A stretch of DNA of 64,000 nt from Camelus ferus. Lineage: Eukaryota. Under the pieces are notes generated by a model. It did no database searches, was not told where the DNA came from, and worked only from the letters and a program-made list of their open reading frames with translations. The stretch spans positions 1,428,001 through 1,492,000 of the forward strand of contig NC_045697.1 of assembly GCF_009834535.1 (NCBI RefSeq), given 5' to 3'. The translations under genes and the position numbers were made by a program. Positions 36,130-49,169 of the stretch are shown here, piece by piece (the first letter of the stretch is position 1; every line of letters begins with the position of its first letter).

Positions 36130-38990
36130 CTGATCCTCACAAAATAGTCTTAAGAGAAACCCTGGATTGAAGATAATGCTAATAATGAAAGCGAATGAAA
36201 CAACAAGGAAAGTGGTGGAAGAGCCACCCGTCCTACTTCCTGCATGAGTTCTTTGTTAAGGATGCAGTGAGGCTAAGGAAATGATGTAAGCAGAACCAAG
36301 AATTGGCTCAAAGATTGTTTGAAGTGTGGAGTTATATCCACTTTTATTAATGACTAACCATGTCCAAAGTGGTTATCTTGTCTTGAGATGTTAGAGAAGG
36401 AAAGTATGTAGCCTTCACAGCCAGCAAAATGTTTATAAACTAAGCATCCAGAAGAGAAATAACACCTGTGCATTTTGTAGCCGTGTGTATAAGTCATGCA
36501 TTACTCAGTCTAGTGCTTTATAAAATTTCATTAAGCTTAAAGATGAACTCCTTCTGAGGAAATTTACATTTCTGTAACAATGCTGGAGAGGGTGTGGAGA
36601 AAAGGGAACCCTCCTACACTGTTGGTGGGAATGTAAATTGGTTCAACCACTATGGAAAACAGTATGGAGTCACCTTTAAAAAACTAAAAATAGAGTTGCC
36701 ATATGATCCAGCAGTCCCACTCCTGGGCATATATCCAGAAAAGACTACAATTTGAAAAAATACATGCATCCCAGTGTTCATAGCAGCACCATTTACAATA
36801 GCCAAGACATGGAAGCAAACAAAGGGCCCATCAGCAGATGAATAGATTAAGAAGTTGTGGTATGTATATACAATGAAATACGACTCAGCCATAAAAAGAA
36901 TGAAATAATGCCATTTGCAGCCACATGGATGGACCTAGAGATGATCATGGTGAGTGAAGTCAGTCAGAAAGAGAAGGACAAATACCATATGCTATCACTC
37001 ATATGTGGAATCTTAAAAATGAGACAAATGAATTATTTACAAAACAGAAACAGACTCTGACATAGAAAGCAAACTTGTGGTTACCAAAGGGAAAAGAGGG
37101 GCAGGGAGGTATAAATTAGGAGTTTGGGATTAGCAGATACAAACTACTATATAATAAAACAGATCAACAAGGTCCTGCTGTATAGCACAGGGAGCTATAT
37201 TCAATATCCTGTAATAAACCATAATGGAAAAGAATATATGTGTATATATTATGAATCACTATGCTGTACACCAGAAACTAACACATTGTAAATCAACTAT
37301 ACTTAAATTTTAAAAAAAGCAATTCAGAAAGAAGAGCAGATACAGTTAAAAACGACGATAAAAAAAAAAAAAAACAAAAAAAAAAACCACTTACAGTTCT
37401 ATAAGGTCCAGGGCAGAAGCAACTTCAACTAATTTGCACAGACAGACATTTAATCTAGCGAAGCAGGAACATACAAAGCTTTGCAAAGGGCTGGTGGAGC
37501 AGGGTCTCTAGGCTGGGCTTCCAAGAGTGACTTCCAGGACAGAAGTACAGTACTCAGTGTGGAGCTGGCCAAGCCAGGCCACAGCATCTGCAGTGCTTCT
37601 TAACACTGAAAGACAACGTCCACATACCACTGGGGACACCCAGCTCTGCCAGCTAGGGGTGAGGGAGCAGGCCAAGAGGCCGGAATTCAAGGGAAACAGC
37701 ATATCAGCAAAATAAGTGCATTGCTTTATTAGCAGATGCTTTTGGAATATTCATAGAAAATATGGTAGAAGATTTGAAAAAAGTGAATAATTAGAATAGC
37801 ATGATGTGTGGAGGGATTGCCCTGGGATGATGGAAACATGGTGTTTCTGAACAGGTTTCAGTGTGTGCTTTTTGGTAGTAGATTCAGATTGAGTCTTTTT
37901 TTGCCTGTGAGCTGCTGAGCCTAGAGTATATATGTTCTGAAATGATTGGTTTTGTGGGAAGACATGGTGTAACAAGTGATGGAGCAGCCACTGTAGTTTT
38001 AAAAAAATTCTTGGGGTGCAGAAAGAACAACACATGTGAAATTTATTCACCACATGATGCATAGGGATGTTCTTAAAGCAACAAATTGAAGCCAGAAGCA
38101 CATAAGGGATCAGCCTGAGACCTTTACAAAGTAGTAAATCTTTACAGCGTCTGTAATGAGATGGGGAGTAACTGTGAAAATATTTGGCAGGACACAGAGG
38201 TTTGCTGGTTATTTTGTGGCAAAGTTGAAAGCATTGCCTATTCTGAAGTGAATTGTTTTTCTTTTACATAAGAACAAGTGGTCTAAATTTGCTGACCTTT
38301 TCTGTAATAAGTGGCTGTCAGTAGAAGGCTACCTAGCCAATTCAGTATTTTTGAGAAAATAAACACTCTGCCCTCTCAAGGTAAAGGTGATATTTTAGCG
38401 ATGAGTAGAAAGTTGTTTTTTGAAAGAAACTCTTGCTGTAGAGGGCATTTTGAAAATGGATGTTTCAGGTTGTCTCCATTATATGTTTTTGTTTTGCTAA
38501 GAATAGTCATCTTACTGCACACTTAAACTTAGGAATGAAGGTTTTAGCCTGTTTAAAAACTTCCTGTTGGAAAAAACACCAAAAAAAAAAAATCCCCAAA
38601 ACTTCCTGTTGTAACACTGGTTTTCAACTTATTTGTTAAAAATACAAGAAGGCCATACCTTCTGATTCTGTGTAAGAATGAAGAACTCGGATGAGAAGGG
38701 TGAAAATTGACTAGCTGAATTTCAGCGAAAGCCTTGCATAATTGATTGACGGGATGGAAAATCGATTAGCATGATTTAGTAAGTACAGCCAGTAGTGTGT
38801 TTCTTCTGTTTAGATCTGTATGTCTGTGAAAGAGAAGGACCATTTTCATTGAAGACTGGCAGTAAAACCATATTTCTAAATAATTGAATTTACAATGCTC
38901 CAGAAATCTGGTTTGAACACAAAGATACCAAGATTTTTAAAAATAGTAAAGTACATTCAGTCACACTGGTCTGCTTAAATTTTTTTCTCA
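36130..38990 (+). mobile_element. Degenerate hAT-Charlie autonomous transposon (BED finger and catalytic core relics), split by later insertions
   Basis: At 36313-36453 it reads DCLKCGVISTFIND*PCPKWLSCLEMLEKESM*PSQPAKCL*TKHPE (BED-type zinc finger, ..CL..L..ESMKPS.L..HL.TKHP). At ~38150-38225 it reads CNEMGSNCENIWQDTEVCWLFCGKV (cf. C.EMGS....L..HTEVRWLSRGKVL). Confidence 0.75.
36578..37386 (+). mobile_element. L1 3' fragment (ORF2 end + 3' UTR) with extra 3' segment and poly(A)
   Basis: Sense L1 3' end (KKNEIMPFAATWMDLE...). A degenerate TSD lies at 36564-36577 and 37391-37404. Confidence 0.9.
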
Positions 38991-41414
38991 TAGGTTTTTG
39001 TGATATGAAAGGGTTTTCAGTATTGTTATTAAAAAAGAAGACAAGTTGGCAAAACTATATGATTTTGTTTTTATGTTATTGTATGTGTGTTTGGTCTTTT
39101 TTAATTGCATGTAAATTACATTCATCAGCTGAGTCTGAGTGCCTCCTGTGTTACTGGTGAGAGATGTATAGTGCCCTCCATGCATGGCCTGTGTCCTGCC
39201 TGGACGCACGGCCTGTGATGTGGGTGCTCAGGTCTTCCCTGAGTGCCACGTGCTGGGGACCAGCCCCCTCCCCCTGGGCGCCTCGCATCTGGGTCTTGGC
39301 TCCCCACCTCTGCTCCTCAGGAAAGCTTCCTCCCACTTCTCCGTTCTCCACCCCTTCCTTGCAGTCATGCCTCCTAAGACTCCTACTGTCCTGTCCCGGC
39401 ACCTCCTTCTCCCCTCTCTGCCCGGCTCCTCTCTCAGCACCCGCAGTTTCTGTACCTCTGTGACACTTAACACAGTTGTAAGTACCTGCACCTTTATTGT
39501 CTTTTACTGGACTGAAAGTTTGTTGAATACAGAAAAATTTTGAGGTATTGCACCTTGTTCATAGCCCAGTGTTTGTTAAGTGATTCAAACGAGGTGTATG
39601 TAGTATTAGGAATTTTTTTTTAAAGTTCTCTAAGAATTTCCGTATCATAGTTGAAGTGTAGAAATTTTCCACCATGTGAGTTTCGATAGAGGCCCGCCAC
39701 TTTAGTCCAGATGTTCAAAAGATACAGGGAGGTTCTCGAGGCCAGTGTTTCCTGCAGTGAGGTGTGGGTGATGCTTCCAGGTATAGCGGCTGCAGGATAA
39801 GCAGCACAGACAGGAATGGCACTGCTCTGAAAAGGAGGGTGGCTATTTGGAGAATTAGAACTTACATCTTAGGAGATAGTTCCCTGAATACGTTTTCTTA
39901 TGTACAGAGTTGATTGCAGACGTAGATAATTCTGATTCTGGAGCATGGGAGGACCTTGTTAAGATTGTTCTCTTCCCTTTCCTGCGGCGTGGAAACCCAT
40001 GACTGGATAGCAGTAAGTCTTTAGCTCATTCCGGAAGTTAAACACAATTTGTTTCAATACTGTCCTAGTTTTTTATTGAAACACTCATGGGCTTACTCAT
40101 CCAGACTCTTGTGAAGAGCCAGCAGATCAGAAACCCATGTGTGGGGCTGAGAAATTGTAATGGAAATTCTGTTGATAACCTTCTAAAAACTAGACTTTAC
40201 TTAGCAGTAATACAAAAGCAGTCCAAAGGTAGTTTATTCAGTCATATTTAAACATAATTGTACAGATATGAGGCTAATGCAGTTTGTCAGTTTTACTAGT
40301 GAGAAGTATGGCGTTTTTAACATCCTGGAATACGCTTGAGAGCTGTGAGGGGTACACCTGAGATCTGCGTTCACTGACTTGCTGGTTCATTCGTTGTACA
40401 TTTAGAGCATCTGTTAAGTGTCAGGATTGTCCTTCACACTGAGGGTGCATGGTGGACAAAGCAGTGGAAGATCCTCCTGCCTCCTTGCATGGGAAAAGAC
40501 AGTAAATTAGGTAGGGCGGTGGGGTGGTGAGTGGCCGGGTGGGGCATGTGGGCCTGGCGCCTGCAGTGTTAAGTAGGGTGTCAGGGAAGGCAGCACAGGA
40601 AGAACAAGGAGCAGAGACCCAGAGGCAGTGAGAGAACAAAGCTGTGCATGGCATCTGGGTGCGAGTCTCCCAGGCAGAGGGAGCAGCAGGTGTCAAGGCC
40701 CTGGAGCTCCCTGTTTTTGTTTTAGCTGATTCCATTAAAACAAAATATGCTTTCATAATCAGTTGGACCCAAATATTAGCTAGAATCTGGCCACAAAGTC
40801 ACAATTTTTGAATGGTCTTGGGATTCACGTATTTGTCCTCGGAATTCTAGGACTGGCATGTTGTCGTAATTTGATTTCGTCTCATTCAGATGCTCTTGAA
40901 AGTGGAGCCATCCTCTTAGTCTCAGATGCTGGGTGATTCACGTATGTCGGGCGGGTTTCACACCTGATTTTAAGTAATAGCAACTTAAAGCATGATTTCT
41001 CATCTTCAGTTTGGAATAGTTTCACCTTTTCCACTGAATAGCCCGGGAGTTCTTCAGAATTAGGGGTTCTGGGCACCTGGGCAGCAGTGTCTTTGGCGTC
41101 TGGTTGTCGTCTGCTCAGTCTAGGGCCAGTTTGGACCTGTACTACCTTGGACAGATATCTTAGTCTTACTTCTCCCTGCAGGGCCGGATGCAGTGTGTTC
41201 AGACCTTCCATTTGTAAGAATGCACATTCTGTGAGCCATTGTAGACTTGGTAATCTAGATTTCTTACAGCATTTTAAATTAATAGAGTCACTCTAAGCTG
41301 GAGAAGCAACTCTGTAAATGTCTTTTAAAAAGCTGTGATGACATGTGCAGAAGGTAGTGAAATAAACCAAATTGTCATGTTTTTTTCCTCCGTATGTATT
41401 TTTTTTTAGCTAAT

Positions 41415-41912
41415 TTTTTTTAATTGTGGTATAATCAGTTTACAGTGTGTCAATTTCCGGTGTACAGCATAATGTTTCAGTCATACATGTACATGTATAA
41501 TTGTTTTCATATTCTTTTTCTTTATAGGTTGCTGTGAGATAATGAATATAGTTCCGTGTTATATAGAAGAAACTTGTTGTTTATCTATTTTATATATGAT
41601 AGTATCTGCAAATCTCAAACTCCCAGTTTATCCCTTCCCACCCCCAAGCCCCCTGGTGACCATAAGTTTGTTTTCTGTCTGTGAGTCTGTTTGTCTTGTA
41701 AATAAGTTCATTTGTGTCATTTTTTTTAAATATTCCACATATAAGTGATATCATATGGTATTTGTCTTTCTCTTTCTGGTTTCACTTAGAATGAGGATCT
41801 CCAGGTCCATCCATGCTGCTGCAAATGGCATCTTACTCTTTTTTATGGCTGAGTAGTATTCCATTGTATAAATATACCACCACTTGTTTATCCAGTCATC
41901 TGCCGATGGACA
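41415..41912 (-). mobile_element. L1 3' UTR fragment (same family as 25763-26317)
   Basis: Shares ccataagtttgttttct...gagtagtattccattgtata with the other young L1 3' ends. Confidence 0.9.
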
Positions 41913-42389
41913 TTCTATATATTTTAAACTTTTTCTGAGTGTTTCATGTACTGGAGAAGAATAGTAACGCTCTTGGGTCATGTCAGCTGCTGCTCCTCCT
42001 TGGGGGGTCACAGTACAGGCTTTTGGTAGATGACACGTTAGTAAAGGGCCTTCCAGCCCCTCCTTGACTGGAACAATGGAAACTCTTTTCTCCCTTTCAC
42101 TGCTGAGGTCTCATGGTGACACAGGGAAGAAACCTTTCCACTTCTAGATGTAGGCCATGTGCAGTTTAGAAGAAGGTGTGCCGGGCTGGTCTTCAGCCCT
42201 CACTCCTGAGGCTGGGGGTTTTTGTGCTGCCGGTTTGGGAGAGTAAATGTTTAAGCCTCGCTCTCAGGTGGGGCCGGTTAAGTGCTGACCACATCAGTGC
42301 CTCTTCCTCTGCTTCCTGGTCTGGCCCTCCCCTCTCGGTCTCTGTTGTATTCAGGGTTCCCTTAGATTGCATGAAACCGAAGGTCGCTC

Positions 42390-44420
42390 TGGTCAGCTCG
42401 ATCTAGATAGAACTGCCACCCTGGCCCTTGTTGCTGTGGGGCCACATCCCTGAGCCTCTCTCTTCGGCAGGCCCACCTCCCCTGGAGGTTCTGTCCTTCG
42501 GTGATTCCTGCCTTGGCCCGGCTCTTCCTCCTGGCAGCCTTTAATGAGTCCAGGCTGATTTTGCTTTGTATTTTGTTCCCGTTTCTCAGAAGTGGACCAG
42601 ATCATGTTTTTATGCTAGGGTTTGTTGTGGGCCCCTGGTCATGGCTGTGATGGGCTGTCCATTCACCATGAGTCTGCTATCCGTTCTGAGCATGGGAGAG
42701 GGCAGGGCCTGGGGTCAGGACTGGGAGACTGTGGGGACACTTTCACCGATGAAGGCCACCTTGCAGGCAGGCTTGGAGATGCATTGTTGGGACAGTGCAC
42801 TTATGTTTAGTTATGTGTAAAAAATTCACATGTGTGGTATGAGGTTGGAAGTGAGTGGCTTCGAGGCAGAACACCTAATTTTATTTAAATATATCTTGAC
42901 AGAGGAAAGTTTTGAGGCATATGTCAAATTCTAGACCAGAGCTTTTTATTTACCACTTTTCTAAATTTCTGATTAGGACATCAAAACAGATTATGAAGTC
43001 TGAGTTTCAACTAAAAGTTAACCCCAAGGCAACCCTTCAGGCTTTCTCTCTAACACCCTTTCCCCCTGAGCGAGGTCCTATATGGCATTTACTGGAAACT
43101 AGCTTGTCTGAGGATGTGGCTTCAGAGCACCAGTTGGACTAGGGATCTGGTCATTCTTCCGGCCTTGCTGCAAATTCACTGTGTGACCCCGAGAGTCTCT
43201 TGTCCTCCTCTGATTTGTAAAATGAGAGTTTTAGGTGGGATTAAAGGTTGCAGGCTGGGCCTGGCAGCTGCCTGTGGGCGGGAACTGTCAGCAGGCCAGG
43301 TAGGAGGAAAGCCTTGCACGCTCCCAGCCTGAAAGTATGGGGCCTGGAGGAGGAGAATGGGAAATGCTGGGTGGGGCCTGGAGGGCTGGGTGGAGGGTTC
43401 TGATCTTTTAAGAGCACTTAGAGACACTTGAAGGGCTTGGAAAAGCAGGGAGGATCTCTGTGGCTGTGGTGAGGATCCTCGTGTGCTGGGTAACTGGATA
43501 CAGGGAGACAGGCAGAAGGCTCCTCGATAACCCAGGTGAGAGGTGGCTGTGGAGATGGAGAATGAGGTGGAGAATGAGGTGGAGCCTGTGGGAGGACCAA
43601 AGCAAATTCTTAGGAGTCCGACCTCGGAGACCATTTCCCCTGTGATAGGAGATACGGCAGAAGGGCTGGATCTGGGGACAGGTCTTCATTCCCTCCGTGA
43701 ATTTGCATGTGTATCACCACGTGGTGTGGGGCGTGGCTCCTAGGGAGAGCCGATGTTGCCACATGTCCGTCATGGGTGTCCCCCGCATCCCACAGGTGCC
43801 TGCTGAGTGAGTTCCCGCCTGTCAGGCTCTGTTCTGGACACACATAGAGGGTCTCGTCCGTCCCTCTGACAACATCGGTTTTTATCTTGTTAAGATGGGA
43901 GCATTGGAGCATTTTGAGCAGAAGAGTAGTGTTCTAAAGGAGTTCCTCCACATGCATCATGGATGTAAGACGCAGGGGCCGAGGCAGGAAGACCAGTTGG
44001 TGGCCTGGTGTCAAGCATGGGCAGGCATGTGAGCCTGCGGTGCACCTCCTTGATTTTTGCCCATGGGATGTAGTGGGTAAGGGTGTGGAGAACTGAGGTC
44101 CCGGATGTGCCTCAGAGCCTGGAGCTTCCTCACGTTGGGCGGGGCCTGCCGCCCTCTCCGCAGTGGGCACCCTGGGTGCTCCGGCTCACTGTTGCCACAG
44201 AGGCCAAGGCATGTCAGTTTGGGTTTGGACAACTTGGGCTTAGAGTCCCTGAGACGTCCAAGGGGAGATGAAGATGAGACAGTTGTATTGTAGACACTTG
44301 AACCCCCAAATCGGCTCCTGGGAATTGTGTGTGTGTTGATGGTAGTGGACATGATGGCGGCCGGGCTGCATGGAGTGAGCAGAGCCTAAGAACAGGACCT
44401 CAGGGTTCTCCAGCATTCTG
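42390..44420 (-). mobile_element. Dispersed L2/MIR fragments
   Basis: Purine-rich antisense L2-type phrases (gggcatgtcagtttgggtttggacaacttgggcttagag, ctgggaattgt...ggtag) and a MIR core near 43140-43250. Confidence 0.45.
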
Positions 44421-45329
44421 AAGCTGCAACCTCCTTTATGGTATTAATGCTTATATCTAAACTGTGGCAGTAAATTTGAACAGAGGAGATTTCAAATGCA
44501 CAGCATTTTTTTATTGTATAAATTAATCATTTTGCATTAATTTAAAAGCCAACATTAAAATCAGAGGCAACATTAACTCAACAATTAATTCTGGTTACCA
44601 GAGAGTTATTTGTGTGGGAAGTAGGCCTTCGCCCTACTGGAAGCTTTGAGAAGCTGAGTGACAACTTTAAAAACCATAGAGAGTAAATAAAAGCTTCCTA
44701 ACCCTTTGGTTCATGACCCACCTTTGGGAAAGGAGGCCTGAGGTCCTCCCCACCCCACTCCCCATCCGGTGGTCCACACTCCTCTAATGCCCCCTGCTCA
44801 GGCCCTGGGCTAGAGACAGCTAGCCCATCGTGGGGAGGGGGGAGGGAGCAGGGACAGCGTGTCATTGTGGGACAGGGAACCGCAGCAGCCACCTCCCAGG
44901 TAAGAGAAGCAGGGGTTGATGCCGAGCCAGTGACTAGAATCTGGTCAGTGGCAGTGTGTGCAGAGGTGTGGTGACCAAAACTCACCAAGGGATGTCCAAA
45001 GCTTGGCTCTCATGTGGAAGTAGTTTAAAGGGTGCAGATTTATTCATTGAGCAAACCTTCACTGGGGGTTTCGATGTGTCAGGTACACGCTGGAGGCTGG
45101 GGTCGTAGCATTGGAATACACCACGTGTTGCTGGGCCTGGTCAGGTTGCAAGGAGGTGTCACGTGGAGTGGTTTGCTTTAGGGGAGTTGGAACAGCAATG
45201 CGAGAAGCAGCAGTCCAGGACTGTAATAGAAGAGAGGTCAGGAACTAGTTAATGGAGCTCTTCTAGTGTTAATTCACGGTATGGTCACTACTTGCTGAGT
45301 TGCTCTGCTGAGAACCCAGTTATTAATAA

Positions 45330-45560
45330 GTATTAACGTTAGGTGACGTTTATATAGCACCTGCTCTGTGTCAGGCACTGTTCTAACTGTTTATGTTGTG
45401 TGGGGTTTTTGTTTGTTTGTTTTTTTCCTCAGTAATCTGAAGAGGAGGTGCTGTCACCCCATTTTATGTTGAGGAAACAGCCGTGGAAAGGCTGAGGGCT
45501 TGTTCAAGGCTAGCTGCACAGATCGGAGTGAGAGGCCTGAACTTTTGGTGAAGAGGCTCG
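45330..45560 (-). mobile_element. MIR SINE fragment
   Basis: tgtgtcaggcactgttcta...ccccattttatgttgaggaaacag...cttgttcaagg. Confidence 0.6.
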
Positions 45561-46544
45561 GGGAAGGAAGTACCGTAGCAGGTGTTGGGCCACCTAGGAT
45601 GCTGATGCATCGATTCTCCGACCAGTCTTTGTGGTTTGGAGTTTCCATACGTAATTCACACAGCATTTTTGATATGGTCACTTGAGTTTTATTAGACTTC
45701 TTTGTATAGGTGTTGATCCCAAAGTTACATTACCCAAGGTTTCTAGTTGACAAGAGGACTAAAATACCTCAAAGTTTTGAGAATATTTTGGAGTCCATGT
45801 AGTATTTATTAGAAATGTTCTTTATTGGTACCATACCATTCTCAGTTTTGCAAAGGCATGAATTTGAACAGAGAAGGTCTTGAAGTAAGTGCAGTGCGTG
45901 GTTAGTGGCAGAATTTATTTTGATCTTATGTATTTCTTAAAGGTCTGATGAGGTCATTTGAATGTTTTAGCTATTTGTCATAGCAGGTATGTGTCCATTG
46001 AGAATGTCAGGAGTCTGCTGGACAAATAAACTGACTTCACATCTTACATAGTGAAACAGTGGTGGAAATGAATTTCAACCATGGCTTTGGGGAATGTGTG
46101 GTAGTTTGAGGTTGATGAGAGATTAATGATCTTAGAAGGACTCGGTAAATGTTAATTGCTATCATGTGCCGTTTACAACTTGAAGACATTTCTGATGTTA
46201 GAGTATTTAATCTTTAACCCCATTAAGTAAGCATATTATTAGTGCTCAGCAATATTCTTTTCCTTAAAGGATAATCAACTGTTAAACTTTCTAGGCCTGG
46301 AACTTAAAAAAAAAAAAAGTCTTTTAATTAATTTATTTTCATTTTAAAATTAAACAATTTTTTCCATTTTTCAGCTTTATTAGGTAGAATTGCTACAGTT
46401 TGGCTGCATATATACAATGTATTACATGTAAATACATATACACAGTATACTGCACATATTTTAAAATTTACTTATAGGTACTGTTCATTGTTTCTAAGAA
46501 TGTTTAGAGCTTTAGCTTTTTAAACTTACATAGTTATCAAAGGA

Positions 46545-47097
46545 ATAAAGCAAACCACAAAGTAAGAATTAATTGAAAAAGATAGCTACACCCCAATATT
46601 AACAGCAACATTATTTATAACTGCCAAGACATGGAAGCATCCTAAGTGCACATCAGCAGATGAATGGATAAAGAAGATACAGCACATACATGTGATGGAA
46701 TACAACTCACCCACAAGGAGGAGATTTTGCCATTTGCGGCCCTTTGTTTACTTTTTTTTTTCACTTCAAAAAGCAGAGTTTTATAACTGGCATAAACATT
46801 TCCATTGCATCAAAAACAACAAAATACCTAGAAATAAACTTAACCAAGGAGGTTACCTACACTCTGAAAACTGTAAAACACTGATAAAGGAAATCAAAGA
46901 TGATACAAAGAAATGGAAAGATAACCTGTGCTCTTGGATTGGAAGAACCAGCATTATCAAAATGGCTGAGCTGCCCAAAGCCATCCACAGATCCGACGCA
47001 ACCTCTGTCAAAATATGACATTTTTCACAGAACTAGAACAAGCAATTCCAAAATTTATACGGAACCATGAAAGACCCCGAACTGCCAAAGCAATCTT
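46545..47097 (+). mobile_element. Sense L1 fragments (3' UTR piece and ORF2 piece)
   Basis: ORF2 peptide ENCKTLIKEIKDDTKKWKDNLCSWIGRTSIIKMAELPKAIHR. Confidence 0.85.
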
Positions 47098-48958
47098 TTG
47101 TAGATCTCTTTTTCTTTTTCTCTTCTTTTTGTTCTCTTTTCTTATGGTTTGATGACTAGCGAAGGTCCTTTAACATTTGTTGCAAAGCTGGCTTGGTGGT
47201 GCTGAAATCTTCTAGCTTTCGTTTATCTGTGAAGCTTTTGATTTCTCCGTCAAGTCTGAACAAGAGCCTTGCTGGATAGAGTGTTCTTGATTGTAGATTT
47301 TTCCCTTTCATCACTTTAAATAAATTTTGCCACTCCCTTCTGGCCTCTAGAGTTTCTGCTGAAAAATCAGCTGATAACCTTATGGGAGTTCCCTTGGATG
47401 TCATTTGTTGCTTTTCTCTTGCTAATTTTAATACTTTCTCCTCATCCTTATTTGTCCATTTGATGACTGTGTGCCTTGGTGTGCTCCTCTTTGGGCTGAT
47501 CCTGTGTGATACTTTCTGCGCTTCCAGGACGTGGGTGCCTGTTTCCTTTCCCAAGTGGGGGCAGTTTTCGGTTATTATCTCTCCAAAAATTTCCTCAGGT
47601 CCTTTCTCCCTCCTTCTCTTCCTGGGACCCTGTAATGCGAATATTAGTGCACTTCATGTTGTCCCAGAGTGCTCTTAAACGATCCTTATTCCTTTCATTC
47701 TTCTTTCTTTTTTCTGTTCTGCAGTAGTGATTTCCACTTATCTGTCTTCTAGCTCACTGATCCGTTCTTCTGCCCCATTCAGTCTGTTCTTGGTTCCTTC
47801 TGGTGTATTGTTTATTTCAGCGATTTTATTCTTCAACTCTGTTTGGGTATTCTTTATATTTTCCAACTCTGCTAAAAACTTCACTCTGTGCTTCTGTACT
47901 CCTCTTGAGTTCTCTGAACATCTTCACCATCATTACTTCAAACTCTTTCTCAGATAAATTGCCTGTCTCCTCATCACTTAGTTCTTCTTCTTAACCTTGG
48001 TCTGGGAGTACTCCTCTGCCACCTCATATTGTTTATCTTTCAATGTGTATTTTTAGGTAGGTTAGTTAGCGTTTCTCGACCTTGGAGAGGTGGCCCTCTG
48101 TGGGAGACGTCCTGTGCGTCCCTGCAGTACACTCCTCTCTTGTCAGACAAGGGCCAGGGTCCAGCAGGTCCCAGGTTAGAGCCTGGCCTGTGTTTGTGGA
48201 TTCCTTCCACAGGCTTTGGGCTTGTTGTTTTCTTATTTCTGGTATCTGCTCCCTGGTGGATGAGGCTGGACCAGAGGCCTTTGTGGCTCAGGGGGTCTGC
48301 TGCTGGGTGGGGCTGTGCTCCCACCCAGTGTGCTGTTTGGTCTGAGGCTTCCCCACAGGCTGTTGGGTGGCGCTTGGTCTTGGTGCTAATGATCCAGTCG
48401 AGATGTCAGCCTCCAGGAAAGCTCATGTAGATGAACATCCCAGAATGTCTGCCACCAGCTTCTATGTCCCCTGAGTGAGCTGCAGCCGTCCATCCCATAC
48501 GTCCCCAGGAGACCCTCCAAAACCAGCAGGCAGGCCTGTCCCAGGTTCCTGTGAAATCGCTGCCTCTGCCCTTGGACCTGGCGCACGTGAGGTTCTGTGT
48601 ATGCTTCCCAAGAGAATGAAGTCACTGTTTCCCCAGTCCCGTGGGGCTCTCAGAGCCAAGCCCCGCTGGCCTTCATAACCACATGTCCTGGGGGCTCCTC
48701 CTCCTCCCAATGCTGGAACCCTGGGCTGGGGAGCCTGACGGTCGCCCACCTGGGGGGTATGGGGCCCAGTTATTTCACGAACACGCCCCTCCTGCCGTCC
48801 TGCTGTGGTCCCCTCTTTGTGTTTCCAGTTGAAGACGATCTTCTTTACTAGGTTCCAGTCTTTTCTCGATGGTTGTCTAGCAGTCAGTTGTGGTTTTGTT
48901 GTAGTCACGAGGCAGGGTGAGCTTGTGGTCCTACCACTCTGCCATCTTGACCGGAAAT
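47098..48958 (-). mobile_element. L1 5' UTR and ORF1 (ORF2 absent)
   Basis: ORF1p RRM/CTD peptide (PRHTVIK...KGTPIRLSADFSAETLEARREWQNLFKVMKGKNLQSRTLYPARL). The L1-type 5' start ttccggtcaagatggc is at ~48941-48957. Confidence 0.9.
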
Positions 48959-48968
48959 CTAAAAAAAA

Positions 48969-49169
48969 TTTTATACAATGATTGAAGGTTACTTTCCATG
49001 TACAGACGTTACAGAACACTGCTGTACTCCCCATGTGCACAGACATCCTGGAGCCTGTGTTACACCCAGTAGCTTGTACCCCTCACTCTCCACTGGTAAC
49101 CACTTTTGTTCTCTGTATCTGTGAGTCTGCTGCTTTTTTGTTATATTCACTAGTTAGTTGTATTTTTAG
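48969..49169 (-). mobile_element. Artiodactyl L1 3'-terminal fragment
   Basis: ttttatacaat..ttgaaggttactttccat...ctgtgagtctgctgcttttttgttatattcactagt. Confidence 0.75.

Noticed and set aside
43554..43583. Short tandem repeat (GGAGAATGAGGT-like units) and the ccatcatacag duplication near 27899-27929
   Set aside because: Two to three copies only, ordinary slippage duplications; not a CRISPR-like or functional array.
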